Assembly (NCBI GenBank): GCA_031973395.1
Contig: DALYDD010000004.1
Span: forward strand, 447-61,013
Reading direction: 5' to 3'
Length of the DNA: 60,567 nucleotides
Origin: Minisyncoccota bacterium
GTDB lineage: Bacteria > Patescibacteriota > Minisyncoccia > Phycocordibacterales > CAIZLB01
The translations under genes were made by a program, and so were the position numbers. How positions within the stretch are numbered: position 1 is the stretch's first letter; each line of letters opens with the position of its first letter. Below the pieces are notes generated by a model. That model did no database searches and was not told the DNA's origin. It saw nothing but the letters and a program-made list of their open reading frames with translations. Below are positions 36,233-45,091 of the stretch, one piece after another.

Positions 36233-36916
36233 CTAACGAGTTATCTCAATAAAATCATCGGCACCTTCCTCTAGTTTTAAGTATTTTTTCTTGACGATCG
36301 GCGGGTTGCTTCCATAATCTGTGATGGTATTTATATAGTATTGTTCACCGCTCTCTGTAGGTTGATCAGTTGGAGTGTAAAAATTTTGATATTCACGCAC
36401 AGAGAGTTCCCACCCACCGTCTGTAAATGTATACAATTCTTTTAAGAAGATATCACCTAGTCCACGACCTTTTGAACCATTGGTAAGTATGCGTTTTTCG
36501 GTATCTACGGTCACATAACCCAACACTGGATATTCGGGGCCGTATGCTATGTCTGAACTGATTTCATACTGTTCAAAATCTCGTGTATCTGGATTTTGAA
36601 CATAAAACTCAGTACCTACATTATAAGCTCCAATCAATATCTGCATTTGAATATCCTCTAACCCGTCAAAATTGATATCAACTTTTGATAGTTCTGTCAC
36701 TGGCGCGATATAATTAGTTTCAATCTTTGTCACATATCCATCTGTGTATGTAACTGTAAGGCTAATTGGTTTTTCTTCAGTATCGGAATCTGCATCTTCG
36801 GTTACTGTAAATGTATGTGACACATCGTTTTTCTTAGTATTGTTCTTGGTATAAGAGATATAGAACAAGCCGGTCAGTATAAGAACAACGAGAACGGCTA
36901 AGAGTATTTTTTTCAT
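36233..36916 (-). CDS. membrane-anchored hypothetical protein
   Basis: 227 aa with an N-terminal TM segment. No motif recognised. Confidence 0.5.
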   Translation of the reverse strand: MKKILLAVLVVLILTGLFYISYTKNNTKKNDVSHTFTVTEDADSDTEEKPISLTVTYTDGYVTKIETNYIAPVTELSKVDINFDGLEDIQMQILIGAYNVGTEFYVQNPDTRDFEQYEISSDIAYGPEYPVLGYVTVDTEKRILTNGSKGRGLGDIFLKELYTFTDGGWELSVREYQNFYTPTDQPTESGEQYYINTITDYGSNPPIVKKKYLKLEEGADDFIEITR

Positions 36917-37111
36917 ATAGTCTATATTGTACAGCTTGTAGAATTGGATTCAATGGCACTAAGCCTTTATATATCTGCAGCAATCCTCAGAGTCTTCAAG
37001 ACATGCTCATACTCTGCCGGCGAAATTGAAACTCTATCAATAGTGGTAGTAGTGAAATGTGCCTGTAGATGATAGGTGCCTCCAAAGGAAGCTTCTAGTG
37101 CTAGCTCTAAA

Positions 37112-37278
37112 TGGTGACCCTGCGGAGAGTTGGTCCTTACAGGACCAGTACAGGTTTCCCATTTTCTCAAATTTGATTCTAATTTCGGCTTCGCCTATGG
37201 GAATAAAATTATCGAAAATATGGGAGAACCTTTTCGACTCTCCGCCGCGAGCCAAGCAGTTGGCTCGCTTAGGGTCAC
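37112..37278 (-). ncRNA. tRNA-trailer structured RNA module, copy C (Glu-type, ends in ACCA)
   Basis: The minus strand reads GTGACCC-TA-[GCGAGCCAA-CTGC-TTGGCTCGC]-CGGAGAGT-CGAAAA-[GGTTCTCCC...GGGAAACC]-TGTACT-[GGTCC-TGTAA-GGACC]-A-ACTCTCCG-CA-GGGTCAC-CA. Confidence 0.65.
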
Positions 37279-37328
37279 ACTCGCAAAACAAAAACCACCT
37301 TTCGGTGGGTTTTGCTCGTGTGACCCCA
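37272..37328 (-). terminator. terminator hairpin originally abutting tRNA-Glu (now separated from it by the island)
   Basis: GGGTCACACGAGCAAAAC-CCACC-GAAA-GGTGG-TTTTTGTTTTGCGAGTGTGACCC. Confidence 0.6.
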
Positions 37329-37364
37329 TTGTACCTTAATTGGAACACTTTAGAGAACGCAATC

Positions 37365-37661
37365 TTATCTTGGAAGTCGTTTAGACTTTCGCGTTCTTTT
37401 GATATAAATCAATCCTAAAATGGCAAAAATGATTGCTAATACGGATAAGAAAGTGTGATTATTGAAAAAAGCATATACTCCATTGATCACGCAATACCTG
37501 CTTGTGCAAGGTTGCGAAAGCTCAATAAAAGAGTTGTGTCCGGAAATCTGATCTCCGATCCATATCGCAGCAATTGCAAACCCATACAGTGCAACTATCA
37601 TTGAAAACAACCATGCGATTCCACCAATGAAATAGCTGATGATTTTTATGTTTTTTGTCAT
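37365..37661 (-). CDS. small polytopic membrane protein (island)
   Basis: 98 aa, 3 predicted TM segments, basic tail. Confidence 0.45.
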   Translation of the reverse strand: MTKNIKIISYFIGGIAWLFSMIVALYGFAIAAIWIGDQISGHNSFIELSQPCTSRYCVINGVYAFFNNHTFLSVLAIIFAILGLIYIKRTRKSKRLPR

Positions 37662-37758
37662 TGTGAACCCATTGCGTGGCTTTCAGAACTTACTAAACAG
37701 AGGGATTATATCGTCTCTGCCATTCAGAACCTTGGCTCGCTTATGGTTTCGTAAATCT

Positions 37759-38343
37759 CTATTCTGTTAATGTAACTTCTATAAAATCATTTTTTTGTTC
37801 GGGGTGTTTTATATAGTACCTAAAAGACTTATAGGGCGACTTACCTTTACCTTTGAAATAGGTATAAAATTGCGGTCGGTATGATGTGTCATCTCCTCTT
37901 TGGTCGATTGACTCAATCCACTCAAAAGGTATCACACCTGTCATTAAGATATTTGATGATGTGTCGTTACTATCTTGAGGTTTCTTACTGAAAGAAGTGT
38001 CGCCTATACGATATGCGGATATGACCTCACAAAAAAACTCGACGCCAGCAAAATGATAACCTTTAATTTCTGCCCCTAGATAGGTATATCCGTGTCTATT
38101 TTCTGTATTGCTTGTAGGATAGTGGCTATCGTATTTCTTTATGTTGATTAGTTCTATCTTGCTACTTATTCCATTTCGGACCTTATATACAAGCTCATCA
38201 ACAATCTTTTGAATTGCCTCACGCCTAGTAAAACGTTCCCTGAATGACTGTTGTTTGGAAAGACTATAAACGTGATAGGCAACGAAAGTACCGATGACAA
38301 TTCCTACGACACTGATAATTGTATTTATAATTTCAATACTCAT
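37759..38343 (-). CDS. membrane-anchored hypothetical protein (island, last gene of the idi operon)
   Basis: 194 aa with an N-terminal TM segment (IINTIISVVGIVIGTFVAYHVY) and a soluble domain with no recognised motif. Confidence 0.5.
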   Translation of the reverse strand: MSIEIINTIISVVGIVIGTFVAYHVYSLSKQQSFRERFTRREAIQKIVDELVYKVRNGISSKIELINIKKYDSHYPTSNTENRHGYTYLGAEIKGYHFAGVEFFCEVISAYRIGDTSFSKKPQDSNDTSSNILMTGVIPFEWIESIDQRGDDTSYRPQFYTYFKGKGKSPYKSFRYYIKHPEQKNDFIEVTLTE

Positions 38344-38351
38344 ATAGGTAG

Positions 38352-38374
38352 GTTCACAACGTTCACTTGTTCAT
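38352..38374. promoter_or_regulatory. triple direct repeat GTTCAC-N3-GTTCAC-N2-GTTCAT immediately upstream of the 194-aa gene
   Basis: The same triplet array recurs at 40342-40365 and partially at 40222-40237. Inverted units occur at 40370-40392. Confidence 0.5.
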
Positions 38375-38375
38375 C

Positions 38376-39668
38376 CTAGCTCTTGGCCCAAACTGAAGAT
38401 AACCTATCTTTTTCATTATCAAGCCAAGTTATCATTTCTTTTGTACGCTTATTTACCAAAGATTGCTGTGGACGAATTTTCGTATCAAATTTAATTGAAA
38501 GCAATTTAACATATCTATTACCTTTTACTAAACTCACAACTAAATCTTCAAGAAAGCTTTTACTTTCAGATGGTTCAAATTCTTTCAGTGCTTCAAGTGC
38601 AATATAAGCGTAGGCTGTGGCGTCTACTAGAGCAAGCTTAATGTAGTCACCCTTTACCATCATCTCTCTCATCTTCTCTTGCCATTCCTGTTCTGATTTA
38701 TGCTTATAAAAATCTTCAAGAAGTGAAATGTGCTCATTGTTCTTGTTATTAAGCAGGATTTGAATTGGCCACGTAAGTCTCTCGTTTTTTATATCAATAA
38801 ATACATCTTCAGATACCTTCTCACGTGTAGGCGAATTATTTCCAGTCAAGTCTAGTGCGAAGTCTTGAATATCGTTTACCACCATCATCAACATACCATA
38901 GCAGAAAGCATACCTCGTTAATTGCTTCAATGTGTTGTTTTCAACCTTTTCAGAAAAAAGAGATGTGAGAATAGTAGGAAATCGCTCAATCATATAAGCA
39001 TTTAAACCGTAAGTGCGTTTCCAAACAAATTCCGCAATACTTGAAGCGTCTATTTTCACACCCTCTTTTAGTTCATTTTCCACTAGTTTTAGCTCTGGCT
39101 TTAAAATTTGAGCATCTAACTTTCTATCTTCTGAAATAGTAAGTGGTAGGAGATTATTCTTATTGAAATTATTATACACATTAAAGAGTGTATCGAATGT
39201 TTGACCTAGATATATACCTCTGTATATCTCTTCAGTAAATAATATAAGTTTTTCCTTTTGTTCATTGTTTAGCAATGTTGTTTCATTGATAAAATCAGAA
39301 TGACAGTCTCTTAAAAAAGTAGCCGTTTTAAAAGCCGTTATTTTTTTATCTCCAATATATCCAGACTTTCCATCTGCCCCGACATTATAACAATATGCTT
39401 GTATCATATTTAATTCCAAAGATGCACATAGAAAGTAAAATGCTTCACCAGTCTCTATGTTTAAAATATGTGCAATAAGATATAAGAAATGAGCTCGTGA
39501 ACTTTGCTTTGATGCAATTTTATCAAGAGCAAATTCTTTCAACATTAGGGCGACATCTTTATCTTCACATAACAGAGATTTATTTGTTAGAAACGAATTA
39601 AGAAACGGAAAATAACTTGCGTGTATTTCCTTCATCTGCTGAAACCTTTTTTCTGTTCTATCTAACAT
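38376..39668 (-). CDS. polyprenyl synthase/terpene synthase-fold protein with degenerate Asp-rich motifs (island)
   Basis: 430 aa. ASLELNMIQAYCYNVGAD occupies the place of the first DDxxD. YLGQTFD. FCYGMLMMVVNDIQDFALDLTG aligns with GxxFQxxDDxLDxTG. DIKNERLTWPI aligns with D(l)xxGKxTlP. Confidence 0.55.
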   Translation of the reverse strand: MLDRTEKRFQQMKEIHASYFPFLNSFLTNKSLLCEDKDVALMLKEFALDKIASKQSSRAHFLYLIAHILNIETGEAFYFLCASLELNMIQAYCYNVGADGKSGYIGDKKITAFKTATFLRDCHSDFINETTLLNNEQKEKLILFTEEIYRGIYLGQTFDTLFNVYNNFNKNNLLPLTISEDRKLDAQILKPELKLVENELKEGVKIDASSIAEFVWKRTYGLNAYMIERFPTILTSLFSEKVENNTLKQLTRYAFCYGMLMMVVNDIQDFALDLTGNNSPTREKVSEDVFIDIKNERLTWPIQILLNNKNNEHISLLEDFYKHKSEQEWQEKMREMMVKGDYIKLALVDATAYAYIALEALKEFEPSESKSFLEDLVVSLVKGNRYVKLLSIKFDTKIRPQQSLVNKRTKEMITWLDNEKDRLSSVWAKS

Positions 39669-40176
39669 TGTTGAGAAAGGTTTGGTTATTCATAATAATT
39701 TTCAACCATTCTGTATAGAGGGTAGGATTATTCTCAATATCTTTCTTAAGCTCTGCAATTTTAATCCATTTATATTCTGATACCTCTTCAAAATTTGGAT
39801 GTGGCTCTTCATCACTGTTACCAATAAAGACGTGGTCAAACTCATTTTCAACTAGACCATTTTCTAATTCAACTTTATACATAAAAGTAAACAATTCTTC
39901 CAAATCACAATCAATCCCCATTTCTTCTTGAAGTCTTCTGTGAATTGCCACTCTCAAATTTTCGTTTTCTTTAGGATGACTACAGCACGTATTACTCCAT
40001 AAACCACCAGAATGATATTTAGCGGGATTTCTTCTTTGTAGGAGAAGTTCAGTATTTTTATTAAATATAAAAATAGAAAATGCCTCGTGGAGAACACCAG
40101 ATTTATGTGCTTCCAGTTTTTCAACTGTGCCTATCCTGTTTCCTTCTTTATCTACTAGATTTATTAAGTCACCCAT
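39658..40176 (-). CDS. idi: isopentenyl-diphosphate delta-isomerase, type 1 (Nudix fold) (island)
   Basis: 172 aa, collinear with E. coli Idi. EAH..GVLHEAFS supplies the His ligands. WSNTCCSHP supplies the catalytic Cys and a His. ENEFDHVF is the E-x-E motif. EVSEYKWI is also present. Confidence 0.85.
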   Translation of the reverse strand: MGDLINLVDKEGNRIGTVEKLEAHKSGVLHEAFSIFIFNKNTELLLQRRNPAKYHSGGLWSNTCCSHPKENENLRVAIHRRLQEEMGIDCDLEELFTFMYKVELENGLVENEFDHVFIGNSDEEPHPNFEEVSEYKWIKIAELKKDIENNPTLYTEWLKIIMNNQTFLNNVR

Positions 40177-40221
40177 AATTATTTGACCATAATATCAAAA
40201 ATTTCTCAAAACATCTAGACA

Positions 40222-40393
40222 TTCACGACGTTCACACTTGAGAAATAATTTGCACAAAAAAGTAGCTCTTTTTCGACTAATTTCGCCTAATTTATATCAA
40301 GACAACCCGAACCCTTTATAAAACTCTGTTTTTATTGTAAAGTTCACAATGTTCACCACGTTCATTTTTGTGAACGTGTGTACGATGTGAATG
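40222..40393. promoter_or_regulatory. divergent control region of the island with GTTCAC iteron-like repeats
   Basis: ATTCACGACGTTCAC lies at 40222-40236. GTTCAC occurs at 40342 and 40351, and GTTCAT at 40360, on a 9-nt period. The palindrome CACGTTCA-N5-TGAACGTG lies at 40357-40377. GTGAAT overlaps the ATG at 40391. Confidence 0.5.
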
Positions 40394-41791
40394 TATATGA
40401 AATTGAGTGGTAATGACAAAAAAATACTAGAGACACTTTTCAATATGCGAGGCGGTTATGTCTTGGATTTTTCCGATAGACGGATGACGGAGTTTTTCAA
40501 GGAAGAATTTGGGATAAATATCTATGATGAGAAATACGACTTTGATTTTCCAAGTAAATCCAAGGCTAACCGTTTGCGTGGTATCTGGCTCAAAGAGGAT
40601 GTGTTGGTTGTGGGACAGATAATCCTATCCCTCGTGGACTACTATGAGACAAGTCTTCTTGTTGAGAATAAAGAGATACCACAGAATACCAAAGACCTTA
40701 TTCAAAAAGGACGTGAAATTGGTGCAAGATTGCTTTTCAATGAAATGGCGAGAGGCAATGAACCGATAGTCAAAGCTATTACTGACAAGACAGCCCTCAT
40801 CAGAAACTTCAATTCTATTGATTACAAAGCTCTCAAAACCAATGAGAAAATATACTTATTGAAGGTCCTGTATTCATATTACGAAGCCATCATACGAACA
40901 TACTACGGCTCTGGTTTATTTTTCTTAACCTCTGGCATTGATGACCTGAATGACTACTTCAAAGTACTACGAAAAAGGATAATAGAAATTATCGCTTCAG
41001 ATGACACGTTTTTGGATATAAAGAACAGCCACGCCTACACGCAAATTATCGAACCTATCACAAGCCTGTATGTGAGTGCCGAGTTTTTGGACGCTATTTG
41101 GGATGATGCAATACTCCCTTCGATTATCAATATGCGTGAAGATATTGCTGATAAGGACCTATTTGAAAATCAGTCTGAAGTACACCAAGAGACAGGTATA
41201 GGATTACCACTTTTCCTTGAAGCGATTAAAAGAGAAATGGAAAAGATGAAAAAATATCTGGACCAGAGGACAAAAAGCTTTTATGCTACTGACTTACCGA
41301 AACATAAAGAGGTTTTTGAAAAAGCTTCTGGCGAGCCGAAAAAAGATGATGTCATAAAGCACGAACACACCCATCTTTTCAAAAATAGTATCCAAGAGAA
41401 AGAGATAGTCCTAAACCACAAGTTCGAGGATGGTAAACCAAGCACTAACTACATCACTAAAAAGGGCGATGATTTCTACTATAAAGGTCTTCATATTCTC
41501 GCCAACAAGAAAAATAATGATTACTACAAGGTATTTTCTGCTCTGTACGCAAAACTTCCCGATGGTGGTGAAATATCATACAAAGACCTTATTTCTGAAA
41601 TAAAAAGCCGTATGTCTGACCAAAAGAATAAGACAGATGATGAGATGCAGAAGTTTATTCAAAGAAACCTTACCGATAGAGGTAACGGCTTTATGAGATA
41701 CGCAAACATACCAGAGACAGAAGACAACGGAAAGCCACTTATCTCTGTCATTCGTGGCACTGGAGTAGTGTTCAATAACAAAACAGGCTAG
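40391..41791 (+). CDS. hypothetical protein (island)
   Basis: 466 aa, helical and charged. No motif recognised. Confidence 0.5.
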   Translation: MYMKLSGNDKKILETLFNMRGGYVLDFSDRRMTEFFKEEFGINIYDEKYDFDFPSKSKANRLRGIWLKEDVLVVGQIILSLVDYYETSLLVENKEIPQNTKDLIQKGREIGARLLFNEMARGNEPIVKAITDKTALIRNFNSIDYKALKTNEKIYLLKVLYSYYEAIIRTYYGSGLFFLTSGIDDLNDYFKVLRKRIIEIIASDDTFLDIKNSHAYTQIIEPITSLYVSAEFLDAIWDDAILPSIINMREDIADKDLFENQSEVHQETGIGLPLFLEAIKREMEKMKKYLDQRTKSFYATDLPKHKEVFEKASGEPKKDDVIKHEHTHLFKNSIQEKEIVLNHKFEDGKPSTNYITKKGDDFYYKGLHILANKKNNDYYKVFSALYAKLPDGGEISYKDLISEIKSRMSDQKNKTDDEMQKFIQRNLTDRGNGFMRYANIPETEDNGKPLISVIRGTGVVFNNKTG

Positions 41792-41965
41792 TTCCTGACT
41801 TTTCCTGAAAAATAATTATAGACTGTCCCGAAACACCCTTGAAATACGGGGTGTTTTTCTATTTACAGGAAATCAAATGAAATACGCAGAACATTCTCAA
41901 AAGGCAAAAATTGGTATGTAGCTTTTCTTGGCGGAAGTACACATATCAATAAAACACCAATATAA

Positions 41966-42253
41966 ATGTTTATGAAAAAACACATAGCAGAAGTTCCTCT
42001 CGACGATTATAAGAACTATTACTACTCAAACGACATTGATGTCGCATCGGTACTCGTGTGCAAGGGATACACGCTCGAAGATGTGGTCCCCATCTCAAAC
42101 AATAAGGCGACTTTTGTCTTCAAAAATCATCCTGCCATCACCGATGCAGTTGATGGATTTTGGAGTAACCGAATTGAGGTCCATCCTCTTGAATTTGCCA
42201 ACGCTCGCAAGAACCTGAAGTCTCGCATTTTTGGTATGCGAAAAGATTACTAA
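41966..42253 (+). CDS. small hypothetical protein (island)
   Basis: 95 aa. The pattern LVCKGYTLEDV...ATFVF...AI..FW......V.PLEF..A.K.LKSRI resembles small phage/plasmid-associated proteins. The assignment is tentative. Confidence 0.45.
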   Translation: MFMKKHIAEVPLDDYKNYYYSNDIDVASVLVCKGYTLEDVVPISNNKATFVFKNHPAITDAVDGFWSNRIEVHPLEFANARKNLKSRIFGMRKDY

Positions 42254-42265
42254 CCACTAATAAAA

Positions 42266-43642
42266 ATGTATATGCAAAACAATGAAGAAAAAATAATAAA
42301 GCCAATACTAAAAACTGCCATCTTCACCACAGATACTCTCTACGAAATGGTTTTTGACCGCAATGCAAACAAGACATCTTTCACCAAAATAAACCGTGAT
42401 GGAACGATTGAATATCTCCTCGAAGAAGTTGATATTGATGGTAGAAAATACAAACCACTTCCACCAACTTACAACCTCGTAGACAAAGACGTGATACTTT
42501 TCCCATCCGTTGCTACCGAGTATCAAAGTGAGGAAGAAATACTCAAAGAGATACAGACCTTCATACACAAATACCTAGACATCTCTGAAGTGTTCGAACA
42601 GATAGCCACTTATTATGTCCTCTTTACTTGGATGTTTGATAAGTTCAACGAGGTCCCATATCTCCGTGCCATAGGCGACTTTGGTAGCGGTAAATCTCGC
42701 TTTATTCAAGCTATAGGCATCCTATGCTACAAACCTGTGTTTACGGGCGGTGCGACTACTCCTAGCCCCATATTTCGCATTGTAAACGAGGTACACGGCA
42801 CACTTATCATTGATGAAGCCGACTTCAAGTTCTCTGATATGACCTCTGAAATCGTAAAGATTTTGAACACTGGATACCAGAGAGGTATGCCAGTCTTGAG
42901 GTCCGAAGGCAAAGGTACTTTTGAGGTAAAAGCGTATGACGTTTTCTGTCCGAAGATAGTCGCTACTCGTGAGACATTTTCTGATAAGGCACTTGAAAGC
43001 CGATTTCTCGTCGAAGAAATGGGTGCAGGAAAACTGCGTGCAGATATTCCAAGAACACTCGATGAGAGCTTTTACAAAGAAGCTGAACTCATCAGAAATA
43101 AGCTTTTGATGTGGCGATTGAAAAACTACTTTGAGCCTATCGAGCGAAGACACGACCTCATCGAAGGTATACATCCTCGCCTCAATCAGATAGTGATGCC
43201 ATTGCTTTCAATTATCAAAGACGAAGCGATACGTGAGCACCTCAAAACATTCATCGTGAAATACAATACAGACCTTGTAGCTGACCGAGGACTTTCTTGG
43301 GAAAGCGACATCGTGTTTGCGGTACTAAAACTTGAATACGAATTGAAGGTCCACGAAATTACCGTCAAACAGATAACTGATGAAGTAAACAAGGAAATCG
43401 ACATCACTGACGACACACTACAAGCTCGAAAAGTCGGATGGTATCTACGTTCAAAGTTACAGCTCAAACCATACAAAACACGAAAAGGTTTTGTGCTCTC
43501 CTTCAAGGAAAATAAAAAGCGACTTGATATGTGGAAAGAACGCTTCGGCATAACCGATGCGGATATTCGAGGTGAACAAGTGAATGTCGTGAACGATACC
43601 AAAACAGTAGATGCACCAACGGCTGAAGAGCTTGGATTTTAA
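42266..43642 (+). CDS. P-loop NTPase, putative replication initiator/helicase-like protein (island)
   Basis: Walker A DFGSGKSRF and Walker B LIIDEADF, with arginine-containing downstream motifs. Its size and context suggest an element replication protein. Confidence 0.55.
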   Translation: MYMQNNEEKIIKPILKTAIFTTDTLYEMVFDRNANKTSFTKINRDGTIEYLLEEVDIDGRKYKPLPPTYNLVDKDVILFPSVATEYQSEEEILKEIQTFIHKYLDISEVFEQIATYYVLFTWMFDKFNEVPYLRAIGDFGSGKSRFIQAIGILCYKPVFTGGATTPSPIFRIVNEVHGTLIIDEADFKFSDMTSEIVKILNTGYQRGMPVLRSEGKGTFEVKAYDVFCPKIVATRETFSDKALESRFLVEEMGAGKLRADIPRTLDESFYKEAELIRNKLLMWRLKNYFEPIERRHDLIEGIHPRLNQIVMPLLSIIKDEAIREHLKTFIVKYNTDLVADRGLSWESDIVFAVLKLEYELKVHEITVKQITDEVNKEIDITDDTLQARKVGWYLRSKLQLKPYKTRKGFVLSFKENKKRLDMWKERFGITDADIRGEQVNVVNDTKTVDAPTAEELGF

Positions 43643-43662
43643 TCATTAACTAAGTCAAAACA

Positions 43663-43920
43663 ATGGAAGAAAAAATCATATTCGAGACTGGCTATACAGA
43701 AGACGAGATACAAAGCTTCTCTGAAGCAAATTATGGGCGTGAGCTGACAGAAATTGAGATACACAGAATGAGAGACTATTTGTGGGATGACGATGATGTG
43801 TCTTGGGCACGAATAGAACTGATGGCAAAAGCAATCGAGGCGGTAATGGATAACGAAGGCAACCAATGGAAATCGGTAGACGAAGATTATCAATCTAATT
43901 CAAAACAAAATGAGCGATAA
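43663..43920 (+). CDS. small acidic hypothetical protein (island)
   Basis: 85 aa, very acidic. Overlaps the next gene by 11 nt. Confidence 0.4.
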   Translation: MEEKIIFETGYTEDEIQSFSEANYGRELTEIEIHRMRDYLWDDDDVSWARIELMAKAIEAVMDNEGNQWKSVDEDYQSNSKQNER

Positions 43921-44416
43921 AAGTGGTCCAAAAACAGACGAAGGAAAAGCTGTATCAAAATACAATGCCATAAAGCACGGCTTGCTTACCAAAGAAGTCC
44001 TTGTTGATGCTGACGAAGTGAATGACCTTAATCAACTCAAGGAAGCGTTATACGAAGCCCTAGACCCTGTAGGTCCAATGGAAAACCTACTCGTGGACCG
44101 CATTATCTCAAACGCTTGGAGACTGCGAAGAGCTATCCAAGTCGAGACCAAAACTATGGAGTGGTATCAGAACGATTTTGACTTTTTCCCTGTAGGACAA
44201 AGCGAAGAACAGCAAGCACGAAAAAGCGTAAAGAATATGTTGAGCAATGACAGTGTAGACACCATCCTTCGCTACGAAACTACCATCGAACGAAGCCTCT
44301 TTCGAGCACTCCACGAACTAGAACGTTTACAGGCAAAAAGGAACGGAAAAGATGTCCAAGTTCCTGCCGTGGTCGATGTAAATCTCGATAGTTCGTTTCG
44401 CAAAAATGAACTGTAA
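43910..44416 (+). CDS. hypothetical protein (island)
   Basis: 168 aa, helical. No motif recognised. Confidence 0.45.
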   Translation: MSDKSGPKTDEGKAVSKYNAIKHGLLTKEVLVDADEVNDLNQLKEALYEALDPVGPMENLLVDRIISNAWRLRRAIQVETKTMEWYQNDFDFFPVGQSEEQQARKSVKNMLSNDSVDTILRYETTIERSLFRALHELERLQAKRNGKDVQVPAVVDVNLDSSFRKNEL

Positions 44417-44459
44417 AAACGGTTAAACCCTATTGATTTCGGACACTTAACAAACCTTT

Positions 44460-45077
44460 ATGAGCAAATCAGAAGCTGACTGGTGCAAGAAAATAGAAAT
44501 ATGGTGGTTACTTCGAGACATAAAAGAAAAAGGTGGCTACAAATACACTACCATATCTTGGGGTGAAGACGGCTCTCGTGGAAGTATATCGGTCCAAGTA
44601 TCTGTATGCGATGAAGAAAAATACGCTCGCTTTATCTACACCCAAATAGACAACTCTACAGGTGAAAAGAAGGACTATGACTATAAGGTCCCGATAATCG
44701 AAACTCCCTGTCATTTTGGCGGTACTCGATACTGGTTCAAGTGCAATCTCTACAAGAATAATCAGTATTGCGGACGACGTGTCGGTGTCCTCTATAAAGA
44801 TGGAAACTGGTTCGGATGCCGACATTGCTACGAACTTACCTACGCCTCAAGAAAAGTGAATAAGCGATACAAACACTATCCGATGTTTCGGGTCCTTGAG
44901 ATTGATGCAGAAATCGAAAAGCTTGAACAAAAAGCGAAGCGTTATACCTACAAAGGCGTACCCACAAAAAGACGACAAAAACTAGTGAAACTCTATCAAG
45001 AAGCATCTCGCAATTATCGTGCATTTTCTGACACAGAAAAGGGTCTTAACGTGCACAAAAAAGGTCGAAGATTTTAG
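44460..45077 (+). CDS. Cys-rich (zinc-ribbon-like) hypothetical protein (island)
   Basis: 205 aa. CHFGG...C...C and C..C spacing. Basic C-terminus. Confidence 0.45.
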   Translation: MSKSEADWCKKIEIWWLLRDIKEKGGYKYTTISWGEDGSRGSISVQVSVCDEEKYARFIYTQIDNSTGEKKDYDYKVPIIETPCHFGGTRYWFKCNLYKNNQYCGRRVGVLYKDGNWFGCRHCYELTYASRKVNKRYKHYPMFRVLEIDAEIEKLEQKAKRYTYKGVPTKRRQKLVKLYQEASRNYRAFSDTEKGLNVHKKGRRF

Positions 45078-45091
45078 CAAAAAATGATATT

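Noticed and set aside
37112-37130. The shared 8-mer TCCGCAGG / CCTGCGGA between the palindromic-element core and the tRNA-Glu-type decoy end, suggesting the two repeat families are related.
   Set aside because: A single 8-10 nt match in 60 kb (both strands) is within chance expectation. No wider alignment between the families could be made.
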